Made by a program: the position numbers and the translations under genes | Notes under the pieces: generated by a model | What the model saw: only the letters and a program-made list of their open reading frames with translations | Database searches by the model: none | Told to the model about the DNA's origin: nothing | Part shown: one piece after another, positions 9,939 to 21,222 of the stretch | Position numbering within the stretch: the first letter of the stretch is position 1 | How the letters are laid out: the number at the start of each line of letters is the position of its first letter | Assembly (NCBI GenBank): GCA_964492205.1 | Contig: CAZBJP010000001.1 | Span: 31,781-95,780 of the forward strand | Source: an uncultured Sediminibacterium sp. | Lineage (GTDB): Bacteria; Bacteroidota; Bacteroidia; Chitinophagales; Chitinophagaceae | Direction of reading: 5' to 3' | DNA: 64,000 nucleotides

Positions 9939-12749
9939 TTAATTCATTCTTATCATCACTGGTCTTGGACCACCACTTGAACCTAAACCAGATTTTTGTA
10001 AACTATAGGTAAAGCTCAATAAAAAATATTGATTGATTACATTGTAAGACCTGTCTACAATTTGATTTTGCAAAACATTTCTACTAATGCCAATGTTTTT
10101 ATTTAATAAGTCAAATGCACTCACCTTAATTTCTGCTCTTTTGTTTTTCATAAAGAATTTTGAAAAGCTTGCATTCCATATAGGTATGGCAGTATTGAAC
10201 CCTTCAGCACGACCCGTATTGATTGTATAATTTAAAGATTGATTCAGCACAATATTAAAAGGTAAATAATTGGTCATATCTGCCCCAAATACTTTCGTTA
10301 AAAAATTGGTGTTGAGCGTTGGATTCACCTCGTTGCTTGTCTTACTAAATGAATAGCGAGCTGATAGGTTTATATCAATAACATCCTCCAGTATATAACT
10401 ATAGGTCAAACTTGGACCAGTAGATTTTGTCACAATAGTATTTAATAAACCATTGGCATAAGAAATATTATTATTTAAACCTGCATTTAATCCAAAGTTT
10501 AATCTAGCGTTTAACTTCTTAATGCCAAATCCGTAATTGACTGTGCCATTCACTCTATAGGCACCATTCACATTGACTGGTTTAGAAAGAATTATTCTGT
10601 TGGGTAACACGCTGTCATAGTTCACTATAGAATTGTTAGTTGTTGAGGCGTTTAAAGTAGAGAAGAAGTTTTTACCAGCTAATACTTTAGATGAGAAAAA
10701 GCGAATATTTAAATTGTGCACATAGCTTCTTTTTAAATCTGGATTACCTATTACTTGTCTATTGATATTGCTTTGATCTAATACTGGTTGTAACTGCGTA
10801 ATAGAAGGTTGATTAGTCGAGGTACGATAATCAATATTTAAGTTTTTTGTCTGAGAGAAATTATACTTAAAATTGGCATTAGGCAAAATATCTTGAAAGC
10901 TTTGACTCAACTTGGTTTTAGCACTAATATTTTCTCCATCTAACACTGCGTTTTGTACAGAAATTCCTGTAGCAAAATTAAATTTCTTTTGATTGGACCT
11001 ATAACTCATCCCGCCACCTGAATAAGTATATTCACTATTGAACTCATTAGTCAAGCGATTATTCAATAGATCATAAGCATCAGTTATATTATTTTGATCA
11101 AATACTTTTTTACTAGAAGATCCAATTGTCTTACTTAAATAAGTATTGAACTCTATTAATGCTCTTTTGCTTACTGGCTCGGTATAGATAATATTTGCGG
11201 AATAACTAGTTGAATTCCCCTTACGAATATTTTGTTGGTCCAAAATAGAATCCGTACTTAACAATCCACCATTATAGTTAAATTGACCCGTATACTGACT
11301 TCCAGTTGAATTAGACTGATTATAACTCTGTGTAATATTAGAAGAAATTGTTCTACCTTTTTTTGCAAATTTTTTCCGTAATAATAAATTAGTAGAAGCA
11401 TTAATTGCGTCAGATATACTAGAGGATATGGTGTTGTTGCTATTTGTTAATACGCCATTTGGCAAATAGGTCATTGTTGAATCTTCACTTGTTGAACTTG
11501 ATTGTTGCCATCCTAAGCTTGGTGTAAATTTATAAGAAAAGGATTCTGACACTTTATGGTCAATGGTGCTTCCAAAATTTTGCTGTTGGTTTCTAGTAAC
11601 TGAATTTGATTTAGACTCCCTATTAAATAAATTGCCTGGGATTAAATTCTGAGTAAAAGATCGGCTATTATTGTGTCGTTCAACATCACTGATTGCTGTG
11701 TTGGCATTGAACTCAATTTTTTTACTGTTAAAGAGATTAGAGTAATTACCACCAATAGAAAGGGTTTCAGCAATGCCTTGTGCATTTGCATCTGTCTCAC
11801 CTGAGCTACCACCACCAATATTAATCGTAACCCCTGCACCTGCACCAGGTCTTACACCACCTCCACCAGAAAAATTTATAATGCTTCTATTTGAAAAATT
11901 TTGACGATTAGTATTATTTGCTGTTCCGATTGCCGAAAATTGCTCGTCATTATTGATCACATTAATGTTACCCTGTGCATCAAAAACACTTGGCGTACCC
12001 GCACCTCCATTGACTTTTCCAAATGTTGATCTATTGCGATCCTTCTTTAATTTTAAATTTATTGCTGTTTCTTCTGAGCCATCATCTATCCCTGTAAACA
12101 TTGCTTGATCCGACTTACGATCATATACTTGAATTTTATCCACTGCGTCGGCTGGTAAATTTTTAGTGGCCATTTTTGGATCCCCCGTAAAAAATTCTTT
12201 CCCATTCACAAAAACCTTCGTAACAGTTTTCCCATTCACTGTAATTCCCCCAGACTTATCCACCTCAATACCGGGCATTTTTTTTAATAAATCTTCTACT
12301 ACAGCATTCGGGGCGGTTTTAAAATTCTCTGAATTAAATTCAATTGAATCTCCATTAATTACTACCGGTGGTCGTCGAGCTGTAACTGTTACTGTAGATA
12401 AATTATTTACATCATTTAAATAAAGTATCCCCATGTCAATTGTATTACCAACATTAGTTGAAGTAACTGCAATCCACTTTGGCTGATATCCGACATAAGA
12501 CACTGAAATTAAATACGCACCCGGTGCGATGTTTTTGAAAACAAAATTGCCAGTTTCATTGGTTCTAGCAAAACCTACTAGAGAGGAATCATTTGCGTTC
12601 ACCAAAGAAACAGTTGCTGCGTTAAGTGCACGCTTTGCAATACTATCCCTAATAACTCCTTGAATGCTCCTGTTTTGTGCACTTACCATGTAACTAATTA
12701 ATAATAAGCAACTTATAAATACAAATTGGACGAATTTTGTTCTATTCAT
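9939..12749 (-). CDS. Outer-membrane beta-barrel (TonB-dependent receptor-like) protein with N-terminal carboxypeptidase-regulatory-like domain
   Basis: VEDLLKKMPGIEVD, VNGKEFF..DPKMATKNLPADAVDKIQV, GNPDLK, YFLLSFTY; adjacent to a GLPGLI gene. Confidence 0.88.
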   Translation of the reverse strand: MNRTKFVQFVFISCLLLISYMVSAQNRSIQGVIRDSIAKRALNAATVSLVNANDSSLVGFARTNETGNFVFKNIAPGAYLISVSYVGYQPKWIAVTSTNVGNTIDMGILYLNDVNNLSTVTVTARRPPVVINGDSIEFNSENFKTAPNAVVEDLLKKMPGIEVDKSGGITVNGKTVTKVFVNGKEFFTGDPKMATKNLPADAVDKIQVYDRKSDQAMFTGIDDGSEETAINLKLKKDRNRSTFGKVNGGAGTPSVFDAQGNINVINNDEQFSAIGTANNTNRQNFSNRSIINFSGGGGVRPGAGAGVTINIGGGSSGETDANAQGIAETLSIGGNYSNLFNSKKIEFNANTAISDVERHNNSRSFTQNLIPGNLFNRESKSNSVTRNQQQNFGSTIDHKVSESFSYKFTPSLGWQQSSSTSEDSTMTYLPNGVLTNSNNTISSSISDAINASTNLLLRKKFAKKGRTISSNITQSYNQSNSTGSQYTGQFNYNGGLLSTDSILDQQNIRKGNSTSYSANIIYTEPVSKRALIEFNTYLSKTIGSSSKKVFDQNNITDAYDLLNNRLTNEFNSEYTYSGGGMSYRSNQKKFNFATGISVQNAVLDGENISAKTKLSQSFQDILPNANFKYNFSQTKNLNIDYRTSTNQPSITQLQPVLDQSNINRQVIGNPDLKRSYVHNLNIRFFSSKVLAGKNFFSTLNASTTNNSIVNYDSVLPNRIILSKPVNVNGAYRVNGTVNYGFGIKKLNARLNFGLNAGLNNNISYANGLLNTIVTKSTGPSLTYSYILEDVIDINLSARYSFSKTSNEVNPTLNTNFLTKVFGADMTNYLPFNIVLNQSLNYTINTGRAEGFNTAIPIWNASFSKFFMKNKRAEIKVSAFDLLNKNIGISRNVLQNQIVDRSYNVINQYFLLSFTYSLQKSGLGSSGGPRPVMIRMN

Positions 12750-12912
12750 GATTTAAAAATACGATTGAGTTCGTAAACATAAGGCAAAATCAACAATTCC
12801 TACCTAAGTTTTTAGTTAAAATTATAGAAAAATTTGATGAATGGCAATCTTCAATCTACTCATTTTCTTTAAAGGACTATTTGATTGATGTAACTTTCAA
12901 AAAATAATCAAT

Positions 12913-15900
12913 ATGAGAATATTCGCTTTGACTTTATTCATTGGCCTTGGTTTAATCAATACGCAAGCACAGGACAAGAAAAGTCCTAAAAAAGACAGCC
13001 TGAGCTTCACTCAATTTAAAGGCCTCCCATTAAAAGCCACAAGATCGATTGATTTTACAACCAACGAAGGAAGTTGGACTTCATTGGCAGTGAGCCCAGA
13101 TGGTAAAACCATTTTATTTGATTTGATGGGTGATATTTATAGTATCCCAATGGAAGGTGGAAAAGCGACTGCCATCACAAAAGGCATGGCATTTGACAAC
13201 CATCCTAGCTTTAGTCCTGATGGCAAACGTATTCTTTTTATATCTGACCGATCTGGTGCTGAAAATCTATGGTATATAGATCTAGAGAAAAAAGATACTA
13301 TTGCTTTAACAGAAGAGCAAAACAACAATTTTCCTGGTGCAGTCTATACACCCGATGGGAATTATATCGTGTACACAAAAGGACGTCGTAACACAAAATT
13401 ATATTTAATGCATAAAAATGGTGGTGCGGGTACCAGCTTAATTGAAGCACCTGCAACATTAAAAACCATTGACCCTGCAGTCAGTGCTGATGGACGATAT
13501 ATTTACTATAGTTCAAGAAACAGTGCATGGAACTACAATGCCATGTTGCCACAATATAGTATTGGAGTATATGATAGAGAAAAAGGTACAACAAGAACAA
13601 TCGCCTCTAGATATGGATCTGCTTTTACACCAGTATTATCTAAAGACGGAAAGTGGATGGTTTATGGAACGCGTTACGAAGATAAAACTGGATTGGTCAA
13701 AAGAAATTTAGCGACAGGTGAAGAAACCTGGTTGGCTTATCCAGTTCAAAGAGATGATCAAGAATCTATTGCTGTATTAGGTGTTTTACCAACAATGGCC
13801 TTTACGCCAGATAGTAAATATTTATTGGCTTCTTACGGAGGAAAGATCAATAAGATCAATATTGAAACTGCAGCACAAACAGAAATTGCATTTACAGTGG
13901 ATGCCAAAATAGAAATGGGACCAGAAGTATTGTTTAAATATCCTATAAAAGATACGGTAGCTACTATGGCCACTCAAATAAGAGACGCTGTGCCTTCACC
14001 TGATGGAAAACAATTAGCTTTTACTGCGTTGAATAGATTGTATATAATGGATTATCCGAGTGGTACACCAAAACGTTTGACCAAAAATGATTTCACCGAA
14101 GCACAACCAGTTTGGAATCATGCAGGCAACGGCATCTATTTTACCACATGGAATCCTGATGGTGGTAGTATTCGTTTTTTTGATTTAACAAACAATACAG
14201 AAAAGACCATCACTAAAGAAAATGCTTTATACCAAGGTGTGGCGATAGACCCTACAGGTAAAAAATTAATTTACAATAAAACTAATGCGCAAAAATTCAA
14301 AGATGCCATTGAGCCAACTTATGATGATGCAGAAGATGAATTAGCATGGATAGATCTAACTACTGGTAATGAAACAATTATTGACAAAGCAAATGGAAGA
14401 TATAATCCACATTTTGCAATGAATGATAATCGTATCTACTTAAACAATCGAGGGAGATTGATTTCGATTCAATGGGATGGAGGAGATGAAAAAGAGTTAG
14501 CGAAAATTTCCGGTATCACTACTTTTGGTAGTATCCCAGAACATCGTGGTAAACCAGTCGCAGACCCTTGTATCATTCCTGAAGTTTTGGAAGAAGATGA
14601 CGCTGCTAAAGAAAACAATCCGCCTTCTAATGCCAATACAATCTTATTGTCTCCAAAAGGCGCTGCTGCAATTGCACAAGTCAATAACAATATTTATTTT
14701 GTTACTTTACCAAAATCTGGCAAATCGGTTTCGATTTCTGTTGCGGATGCAAAAAACGCGGCATTCCCAAGTAAATTATTGACTGAAATTGGTGGCGAGT
14801 TCCCTAGTTGGCAAGCAGATGGTAAAACAATTCATTGGAGTTTAGGCGCAGCGCATTTTACTTATGATATTGATGCTGCTTATGCTTTTGATGATAGTTT
14901 AGCTGTTGCGAAAAAATTAGAAGCAGCAATTAAAAAAGACACGACAAAAAAAGATACCACCAATCTTGCTAAAAAAGAGGATAAAAAAGAAACACCAAAA
15001 TTTAAAGCAACTGAAACTTGGGTGAAAGTATATTATGAAAATGACATGCCTAACACCACTGTTTTGTTAACCAATGCAAGAATCATCACTATGAATGGTG
15101 ATCAAGTAATTAGCAATGGAGATATTTTGGTGATAAAAAATAGAATTCAAGCAGTTGGAAAGTCAGGCTCATTAAAAGTACCTGCTGGTGCTAAACGTGT
15201 GAATCTTGCAGGAAAAACAGTCGTTCCTGGATTTGTAGACACCCACTCACACATGTGGCCTAGCTGGGGCATTCATAAGAACCAAGCTTGGATTTACGCA
15301 GCTAATTTAGCATATGGGGTGACCACCACACGTGATCCACAAACTGCTACAACAGACGTTTTAACTTACAGCGACTTAGTAGAAGCAGGTAAGATGGTAG
15401 GGCCAAGAGTTTACTCTACTGGTCCAGGTGTAGGCTATTGGTCTTATAATTTAAAAGATTCAGCTCAAGCTGAATCAGTATTAGCTCAATACAGCAAATA
15501 CTTTAATACTAAGTACATCAAGATGTATTTAGTAGGAAATCGTAAGCATAGACAATGGGTCATTCAAGCAGCAAAAAATCAAAAATTAATGCCAACAACA
15601 GAAGGGGGATTAGATTTTAAATTAAATATGACAAACTTAATTGACGGCTACCCTGGTCATGAGCACTCTTTACCAATTTATCCTTTATATAATGATGTAA
15701 TAAAAACAATTGCGACTTCTAAAATGGCCGTAACACCAACCTTATTGGTATCTTATGGTGGCCCTTGGGCAGAGAATTTTTATTACGAAACTGAAAATGT
15801 GTATGGTGATGCTAAAATGCAATACTATACACCGTATGAAGAATTAGCAAGTAAGTCACGTCGTCGCGCTACTTGGTTCTTACCAGAAGAACATGTCTTC

Positions 15901-16311
15901 CAAAAGCATGCAAAAAGCATGAAGCAATTGGTAGAAGCAGGCGGACTTGCTGGTATTGGAAGTCATGGTCAATTACAAGGTTTAGGTTACCATTGGGAAC
16001 TTTGGTCTATGCAATCTGGCGGTATGCGCAATATAGACGCTTTAAGGACTGCGACAATTTTGGGTGCAGAAAGCTTAGGTTTAGACAAAGACCTTGGAAG
16101 CATTAGCGCAGGTAAATTAGCCGACTTGATCATTTTAAACAAAAATCCTTTAGAAGATATAAGAAATACCAATAGCATCCAATACATCATGAAAAATGGT
16201 CGCTTATACAAAGGCGAAAATTTAGATGAAACGGTAACAGGTAATTCAAAAGTAGATCGTAAAGAATATTTGGATAAAAAGCCAGTTAAAAATACCAAAG
16301 TAGCAGAATAA
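12913..16311 (+). CDS. Amidohydrolase family protein with N-terminal PD40/WD40-like beta-propeller repeats
   Basis: Repeated SPDG motifs; PGFVDTHSH metal motif; GVTTTRDP; GSISAGKLADLIIL. Confidence 0.92.
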   Translation: MRIFALTLFIGLGLINTQAQDKKSPKKDSLSFTQFKGLPLKATRSIDFTTNEGSWTSLAVSPDGKTILFDLMGDIYSIPMEGGKATAITKGMAFDNHPSFSPDGKRILFISDRSGAENLWYIDLEKKDTIALTEEQNNNFPGAVYTPDGNYIVYTKGRRNTKLYLMHKNGGAGTSLIEAPATLKTIDPAVSADGRYIYYSSRNSAWNYNAMLPQYSIGVYDREKGTTRTIASRYGSAFTPVLSKDGKWMVYGTRYEDKTGLVKRNLATGEETWLAYPVQRDDQESIAVLGVLPTMAFTPDSKYLLASYGGKINKINIETAAQTEIAFTVDAKIEMGPEVLFKYPIKDTVATMATQIRDAVPSPDGKQLAFTALNRLYIMDYPSGTPKRLTKNDFTEAQPVWNHAGNGIYFTTWNPDGGSIRFFDLTNNTEKTITKENALYQGVAIDPTGKKLIYNKTNAQKFKDAIEPTYDDAEDELAWIDLTTGNETIIDKANGRYNPHFAMNDNRIYLNNRGRLISIQWDGGDEKELAKISGITTFGSIPEHRGKPVADPCIIPEVLEEDDAAKENNPPSNANTILLSPKGAAAIAQVNNNIYFVTLPKSGKSVSISVADAKNAAFPSKLLTEIGGEFPSWQADGKTIHWSLGAAHFTYDIDAAYAFDDSLAVAKKLEAAIKKDTTKKDTTNLAKKEDKKETPKFKATETWVKVYYENDMPNTTVLLTNARIITMNGDQVISNGDILVIKNRIQAVGKSGSLKVPAGAKRVNLAGKTVVPGFVDTHSHMWPSWGIHKNQAWIYAANLAYGVTTTRDPQTATTDVLTYSDLVEAGKMVGPRVYSTGPGVGYWSYNLKDSAQAESVLAQYSKYFNTKYIKMYLVGNRKHRQWVIQAAKNQKLMPTTEGGLDFKLNMTNLIDGYPGHEHSLPIYPLYNDVIKTIATSKMAVTPTLLVSYGGPWAENFYYETENVYGDAKMQYYTPYEELASKSRRRATWFLPEEHVFQKHAKSMKQLVEAGGLAGIGSHGQLQGLGYHWELWSMQSGGMRNIDALRTATILGAESLGLDKDLGSISAGKLADLIILNKNPLEDIRNTNSIQYIMKNGRLYKGENLDETVTGNSKVDRKEYLDKKPVKNTKVAE

Positions 16312-16368
16312 AAAGCTATTCATTAAAGGAGTTGATACAATCAACTAGATAAATTTAAGTTAGTATTT

Positions 16369-16407
16369 ACAAAAGAGGCGGACCGTGGTCCGCCTCTTTT
16401 GTTTTTT
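16369..16407 (+). terminator. Intrinsic terminator
   Basis: ACAAAAGAGGCGGACC-GT-GGTCCGCCTCTTTTGT followed by T run. Confidence 0.85.
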
Positions 16408-16457
16408 CGCGCACATCCGCGTGAAATTTTGTAAGTTTAAGTATTCAATCAAACGCT

Positions 16458-17381
16458 ATGCAAAATTCAAGAAGAAAATTTATTCAAAATAGTGGAATGG
16501 CATTATTGGGCATCGGATTTGTGCCAACAGATTTATGGTCAAAAAAATTATTAGCGGATACTACAATAAAAATAGGTATTCAGTTATACACAGTGCGTGA
16601 TACTATGTTTAAAGACCCATTGGGCACTTTAACTGCATTATCTAAAATGGGTTATCAATATGTAGAGCATGCGAATTATGCAAACAGAAAATTTTATGGT
16701 TACAGTCCTATTGAGTTTAAAAAAATATTAACCGACCTAGGTATGCAAATGCCAAGTGGACATACTGTAATGAATACAAAGCATTGGGATGCTTCAAAAA
16801 AAGAATTTACAGACACATGGAAATACACAATAGACGATGCGGTGACACTTGGTCAGGAATACGTGATTAGCCCTTCGATAGATGAAAAAGTAAGAACTTC
16901 CTATGACGCATTAATGCATCAGTTAGAAATTTTTAATTTATCAGGCGAATTATGTCAAGAATCAGGTATGCGCTTTGGATACCATAACCATAATTTTGAA
17001 TTTGTTGAAAAAGTAAATGGTCGTTTAATTTATGATATCATCTTGAAAGAAACTGATCCAGAATTAGTCATTCAACAATTAGATTTTGGTAATTTATTCG
17101 GTATTGGTGCAAGAGGTATGGATTGGATTAAAAAATATCCTGGAAGATTTGCTTCAGTTCATGTGAAAGATGAAATCAAAGTAGCGGTTGGAGAAATGAA
17201 CGACGGACACGATAGCACCATTTTAGGCAATGGATTGGTAGACCCTAAGGCAGTATGCTTATTGGCAAAAGCCATTGGTGGAACAAAACATTTTATCATT
17301 GAACAAGAATCTTATCAAGGCATAGCACCATTAGAGTGTGCTAAAATTAATTTAGAACGTATCAAGTCTTGGGGATTATAA
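16458..17381 (+). CDS. Sugar phosphate isomerase/epimerase (AP endonuclease 2 TIM barrel), Tat-exported
   Basis: SRRKFIQ Tat motif; GIQLYTVRD, FGYHNHNFEF, HVKD, IIEQE. Confidence 0.9.
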   Translation: MQNSRRKFIQNSGMALLGIGFVPTDLWSKKLLADTTIKIGIQLYTVRDTMFKDPLGTLTALSKMGYQYVEHANYANRKFYGYSPIEFKKILTDLGMQMPSGHTVMNTKHWDASKKEFTDTWKYTIDDAVTLGQEYVISPSIDEKVRTSYDALMHQLEIFNLSGELCQESGMRFGYHNHNFEFVEKVNGRLIYDIILKETDPELVIQQLDFGNLFGIGARGMDWIKKYPGRFASVHVKDEIKVAVGEMNDGHDSTILGNGLVDPKAVCLLAKAIGGTKHFIIEQESYQGIAPLECAKINLERIKSWGL

Positions 17382-17391
17382 AATAATTTAT

Positions 17392-19623
17392 ATGAAAAAA
17401 ATTGCACTCCTATTTTTCTTTGTCTCTACAAGTATTTCCTTATTGGCACAAAAACCAACCAGCATAGAAATCGCTAGATGGAAACAACACGCTAAACAAA
17501 CCACCATCATTCGTGATGAATGGGATATCCCACATATTTATGGAAAGACTGATGCTGATGCAGTATTTGGATTAATGTATGCGCAATGTGAAGAAAATTT
17601 TCCTCAGATAGAAAAGAATTTTTTAGAAATGCTAGGTCGCCGTGCCGAAATGGAAGGCCCTAAATTGATTTATCAAGACTTGATGATGCAATTGATTCAA
17701 GATAGTGCCGAAGCTATAAAAGATTTTGAACGAAGCCCATTATGGTTTAAGCAATTATTAATAGCGCATGCAGACGGGATTAACTATTATTTATCAAAAC
17801 ATCCAGAAGTCAAACCAGTGGTACTTAAAAAGTTTAAGCCATGGTACCATTTGATGTGGACAGACGGTAGTGTTTCACCAACAAAGTCGGCAGGGATCAC
17901 TGAAAAACATGTTGAAGCCTTTTATGGTCAGCAATTATACGCCAATCAGAATGCAGTGAGTGCAAATAACAATTGGCCATCTCCTCTACCCCTTTTTGAA
18001 CAGCCTAGTTATGATATGGAAGACAAAACCTTAAGAGGTTCAAATGGATTTGCTATTGCACCAAAACATAGTGCAAGTGGAAACGCCATGTTATATATCA
18101 ACCCACATGTACCTTTTTATTTTAGATCAGAAATGCATATGGTCAGCGAACAAGGCTTAAACGCTTATGGTGCAGTTACTTGGGGACAATTTTTTATCTA
18201 CCAAGGCTTTAATGAACATTGCGGATGGATGCACACCAGTAGTTATGCTGATGTAGCAGATGTTTATGAAGAACAGACAGAAAAAATAAACAATGAATTG
18301 TTTTATACCTATGATCAACAAAAAAAGAAAATTGGACAACGAAAAATTACTATCCAATTTAACGACAATGGTGTTTTGAAAACAAAAGCCTTTGATACTT
18401 ACTTTACGCATCATGGGCCAGTGATGGGGATGCAAAAAGGAAAATGGTTGAGTTTACAAGAAAACAATCGATCCTTAAATGCTTTAATGGAATGCTGGAC
18501 CAGAACAAAAGCTAAAAGCTTAGCAGACTATAAAAAAGCAATGGAGTTATTGGCCAACAATAGCAACAATACGGTTTATGCTGACGCAGCGGGTAATATT
18601 GCCTATTGGCATGGTAATTTTATGCCAAAGCGCAATCCCAATTTTGATTATACCTTACCTGTGGATGGCACTACTAAAGCAACAGATTGGCAAGGCTTAC
18701 ATCCATTAAGTGAAATTGTTCAAAGCATCAATCCAGAAAATGGCTGGTTACAAAATTGCAATGCCACACCCTTTGCTGTTGCAGGAAAAAATAGCCCTAA
18801 AGCAATTGACTACCCAGCTTATATGGCACCAGATGGAGAAAACGGAAGAGGTGTGACTGCAGTAGCACTTTTATCAAAAATTGATAAAATCAATTTAGAT
18901 GAACTCATTGCATTGGGTTATCATAAAAAATTGAGTGCATTTGATATTTTATTACCTGGCTTTATTCAAACTTCAAAAACGGCAAAAATTTCCCAAAGAA
19001 CCAAAAAAGCTATTGACTATTTAGCGAATTGGGATCATTTTGCAGACACCAATTCTATTGCGACAAGTATCGCCATTGAATGGGCTACTAAATGGGCGGC
19101 GGAAATTCCACCTGCAAACACTGAAGAAGCAGCTACACAAGCCATTGTAAAATACAATCGCATGGACCAAGAAGTTGCGTTTGAAACTAAAATAAAATTA
19201 TTAGAAGCCACTTTAGATCAATTTGAAAAATGGTATGGTGGATGGGAAATTAAATGGGGTGACATAAATCGCTATCAAAGAGTTGCACCAGGTGCTAATT
19301 TTGATGATAATCAACCAAGCTTAGCAGTAAATCAGGCCTCCTCCAAATGGGGCGCTTTGCCCTCTTTCGAAAGTAAACGTTACCCAAATACAACGAAACG
19401 TTATGGCTACACAGGTAATAGTTTTGTAGCCGCAGTCGAGTTTGGAAAAAAACTAAAAGCGAAAACCATCGTTACTGGCGGACAAAGCAGGTTTGCAGAA
19501 AGTACACATTTCACCGACCAAGCGATTGGATTTTTACATGGACAATTCAAAACCATACACTACTACAAGGAAGATGTTTTAGCTAATAAAAAAGTAGCAT
19601 ACCACCCTGGATTTGCAAGATAG
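17392..19623 (+). CDS. Penicillin acylase family Ntn-hydrolase
   Basis: IIRDEWDIPHIYG, autoproteolytic GSNGFAI, NPHVP, NTVYAD. Confidence 0.93.
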   Translation: MKKIALLFFFVSTSISLLAQKPTSIEIARWKQHAKQTTIIRDEWDIPHIYGKTDADAVFGLMYAQCEENFPQIEKNFLEMLGRRAEMEGPKLIYQDLMMQLIQDSAEAIKDFERSPLWFKQLLIAHADGINYYLSKHPEVKPVVLKKFKPWYHLMWTDGSVSPTKSAGITEKHVEAFYGQQLYANQNAVSANNNWPSPLPLFEQPSYDMEDKTLRGSNGFAIAPKHSASGNAMLYINPHVPFYFRSEMHMVSEQGLNAYGAVTWGQFFIYQGFNEHCGWMHTSSYADVADVYEEQTEKINNELFYTYDQQKKKIGQRKITIQFNDNGVLKTKAFDTYFTHHGPVMGMQKGKWLSLQENNRSLNALMECWTRTKAKSLADYKKAMELLANNSNNTVYADAAGNIAYWHGNFMPKRNPNFDYTLPVDGTTKATDWQGLHPLSEIVQSINPENGWLQNCNATPFAVAGKNSPKAIDYPAYMAPDGENGRGVTAVALLSKIDKINLDELIALGYHKKLSAFDILLPGFIQTSKTAKISQRTKKAIDYLANWDHFADTNSIATSIAIEWATKWAAEIPPANTEEAATQAIVKYNRMDQEVAFETKIKLLEATLDQFEKWYGGWEIKWGDINRYQRVAPGANFDDNQPSLAVNQASSKWGALPSFESKRYPNTTKRYGYTGNSFVAAVEFGKKLKAKTIVTGGQSRFAESTHFTDQAIGFLHGQFKTIHYYKEDVLANKKVAYHPGFAR

Positions 19624-20297
19624 TGATCGTATAATTTAGTGATTAAGGCAATCTTGACTAAGCCTGCTACATTTTTAACTGCGAGCATTTGCATGAGTCT
19701 GGTTCGATGGCCCTCTATAGTTCTCTTACTATGACCAAGTTCCGCAGCAATTTGTTTACTAGAGGCTTCTTCACAGATACGTATTAAAATGTATTTATCA
19801 TACATGTTTAGGGCATTAACACGCTCTATTAAATTAATTTTATCCATAGACTGAGTTAATAACAAGACTCTTTCTGAGGTATGATTACAGAAATACACTT
19901 TGTTTTGACATGCCATCACAACTGCTTTATTCCATTCAGCACTAGACATATTTCTAGATACAATTACTTCCACCTCAAGGTCAATTAATTGATATAATAC
20001 ATAATCTGGCGTGTCTTCATTTAAAAGTATGATAAGGGGAAATTCTTTCTGCAAATGTTTTATTTTATTACAAACAGCCAATGTCTCAAAATCAAACATG
20101 GCACAATCAATAATTAGTAAACCTTCCGACAATCCCAATCCAATATTAGCTATATCATCTAATGAAGTAAGAATGGTATAGCCATTACAAAGTGGGTGGT
20201 CCATTACTAATTGGCTACAACCAATTGCATAAATGCTTTGTTGATCACAAATAAGGACTTGTTTTTGATCTTGCTGGTTATGATAGTTATTTCGCAT
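19563..20297 (-). CDS. NarL/LuxR-family response regulator with atypical receiver domain
   Basis: SSKQIAAELGHSKRTIEGHRTRLMQML HTH; degenerate receiver N-terminus. Confidence 0.85.
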   Translation of the reverse strand: MRNNYHNQQDQKQVLICDQQSIYAIGCSQLVMDHPLCNGYTILTSLDDIANIGLGLSEGLLIIDCAMFDFETLAVCNKIKHLQKEFPLIILLNEDTPDYVLYQLIDLEVEVIVSRNMSSAEWNKAVVMACQNKVYFCNHTSERVLLLTQSMDKINLIERVNALNMYDKYILIRICEEASSKQIAAELGHSKRTIEGHRTRLMQMLAVKNVAGLVKIALITKLYDHYLANPGWYATFLLAKTSSL

Positions 20298-20490
20298 ACT
20301 TAAAACAACATCATATCAATTATATTTATACTGCTAGCCGCATATTTTTTACTATTGGTCGTTTTTTTCATTGCAAATACCCCCTTCAACAGTAATCTAA
20401 ATCTTTACTTTACTACCTTAGTCGATAGAATATACCCAGAAAGAATTAAATTGTGCCTCTTACAAGTTTACTTAACACTTGAATAATATT

Positions 20491-21198
20491 ATGCAATTTG
20501 AAAAATCAATTACACTAGCGACCTTTTCACCATTATGGTGGGAAAGTATTTTGTTCATAAGTGTAAGTATTTTATTGATCATTCAACTACCGAAGTTTAT
20601 AAAGAAAATAAAAATTAAACAATACGACTTATTTATCGCCATCTTATTAATGGCCAATTTTATCATTGAACAATCTTATAATTATTATAACGGATTATGG
20701 AATATTCAGCAAAATATTCCAGCACATTTATGTAGCATCAGTAATATTTTATGTATCCTCTACTTATTTAATAAAAATCAACTACTAGGCGAATTCGTAT
20801 ATTATTGGGGGCTTTTGGGAGGGATTCACGCCTTACTCACACCAGAATTTAATACAGGTATCATTGGTTATAATTTTTACAGCTTCTTTATTGGACATGG
20901 TGGATTATTGTTAGTGGTATTTTATATGGTCAAGCACAATGGCTTTAGACCAAGGCCGAAATCCTGGTTAAGAATATTTGGCTATTCTCAATTTGTGGTC
21001 TTATCAGTAGGTGTTTTAAACTATGCCATTGATACAAACTATATGTTTTTAAGGGAACGCCCTACGGCCAATAATCCATTAATTATTGGTGACTGGCCAT
21101 TTTATTTGATCACTTTTGAACTAGCTGCAATTTCACATTTTTGGCTTTTTTATTTACCCTTTGCCAGAAAAAATAAAAGGGCCGCATTGGCCCTTTAA
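20491..21198 (+). CDS. YwaF / TMEM164 family (TIGR02206-like) integral membrane protein
   Basis: IPAHLCS, ALLTPE, FFIGHG, NYMFL..P...WPFY motifs. Confidence 0.85.
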   Translation: MQFEKSITLATFSPLWWESILFISVSILLIIQLPKFIKKIKIKQYDLFIAILLMANFIIEQSYNYYNGLWNIQQNIPAHLCSISNILCILYLFNKNQLLGEFVYYWGLLGGIHALLTPEFNTGIIGYNFYSFFIGHGGLLLVVFYMVKHNGFRPRPKSWLRIFGYSQFVVLSVGVLNYAIDTNYMFLRERPTANNPLIIGDWPFYLITFELAAISHFWLFYLPFARKNKRAALAL

Positions 21199-21222
21199 GA
21201 AAGATAAAATTTTCATGAAGGT

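Noticed and set aside
20330-20470. Scattered TAC/GTA trinucleotide repeats as NarL-type sites between the LuxR gene and ywaF-like gene
   Set aside because: Too degenerate to define a motif by eye in AT-rich DNA
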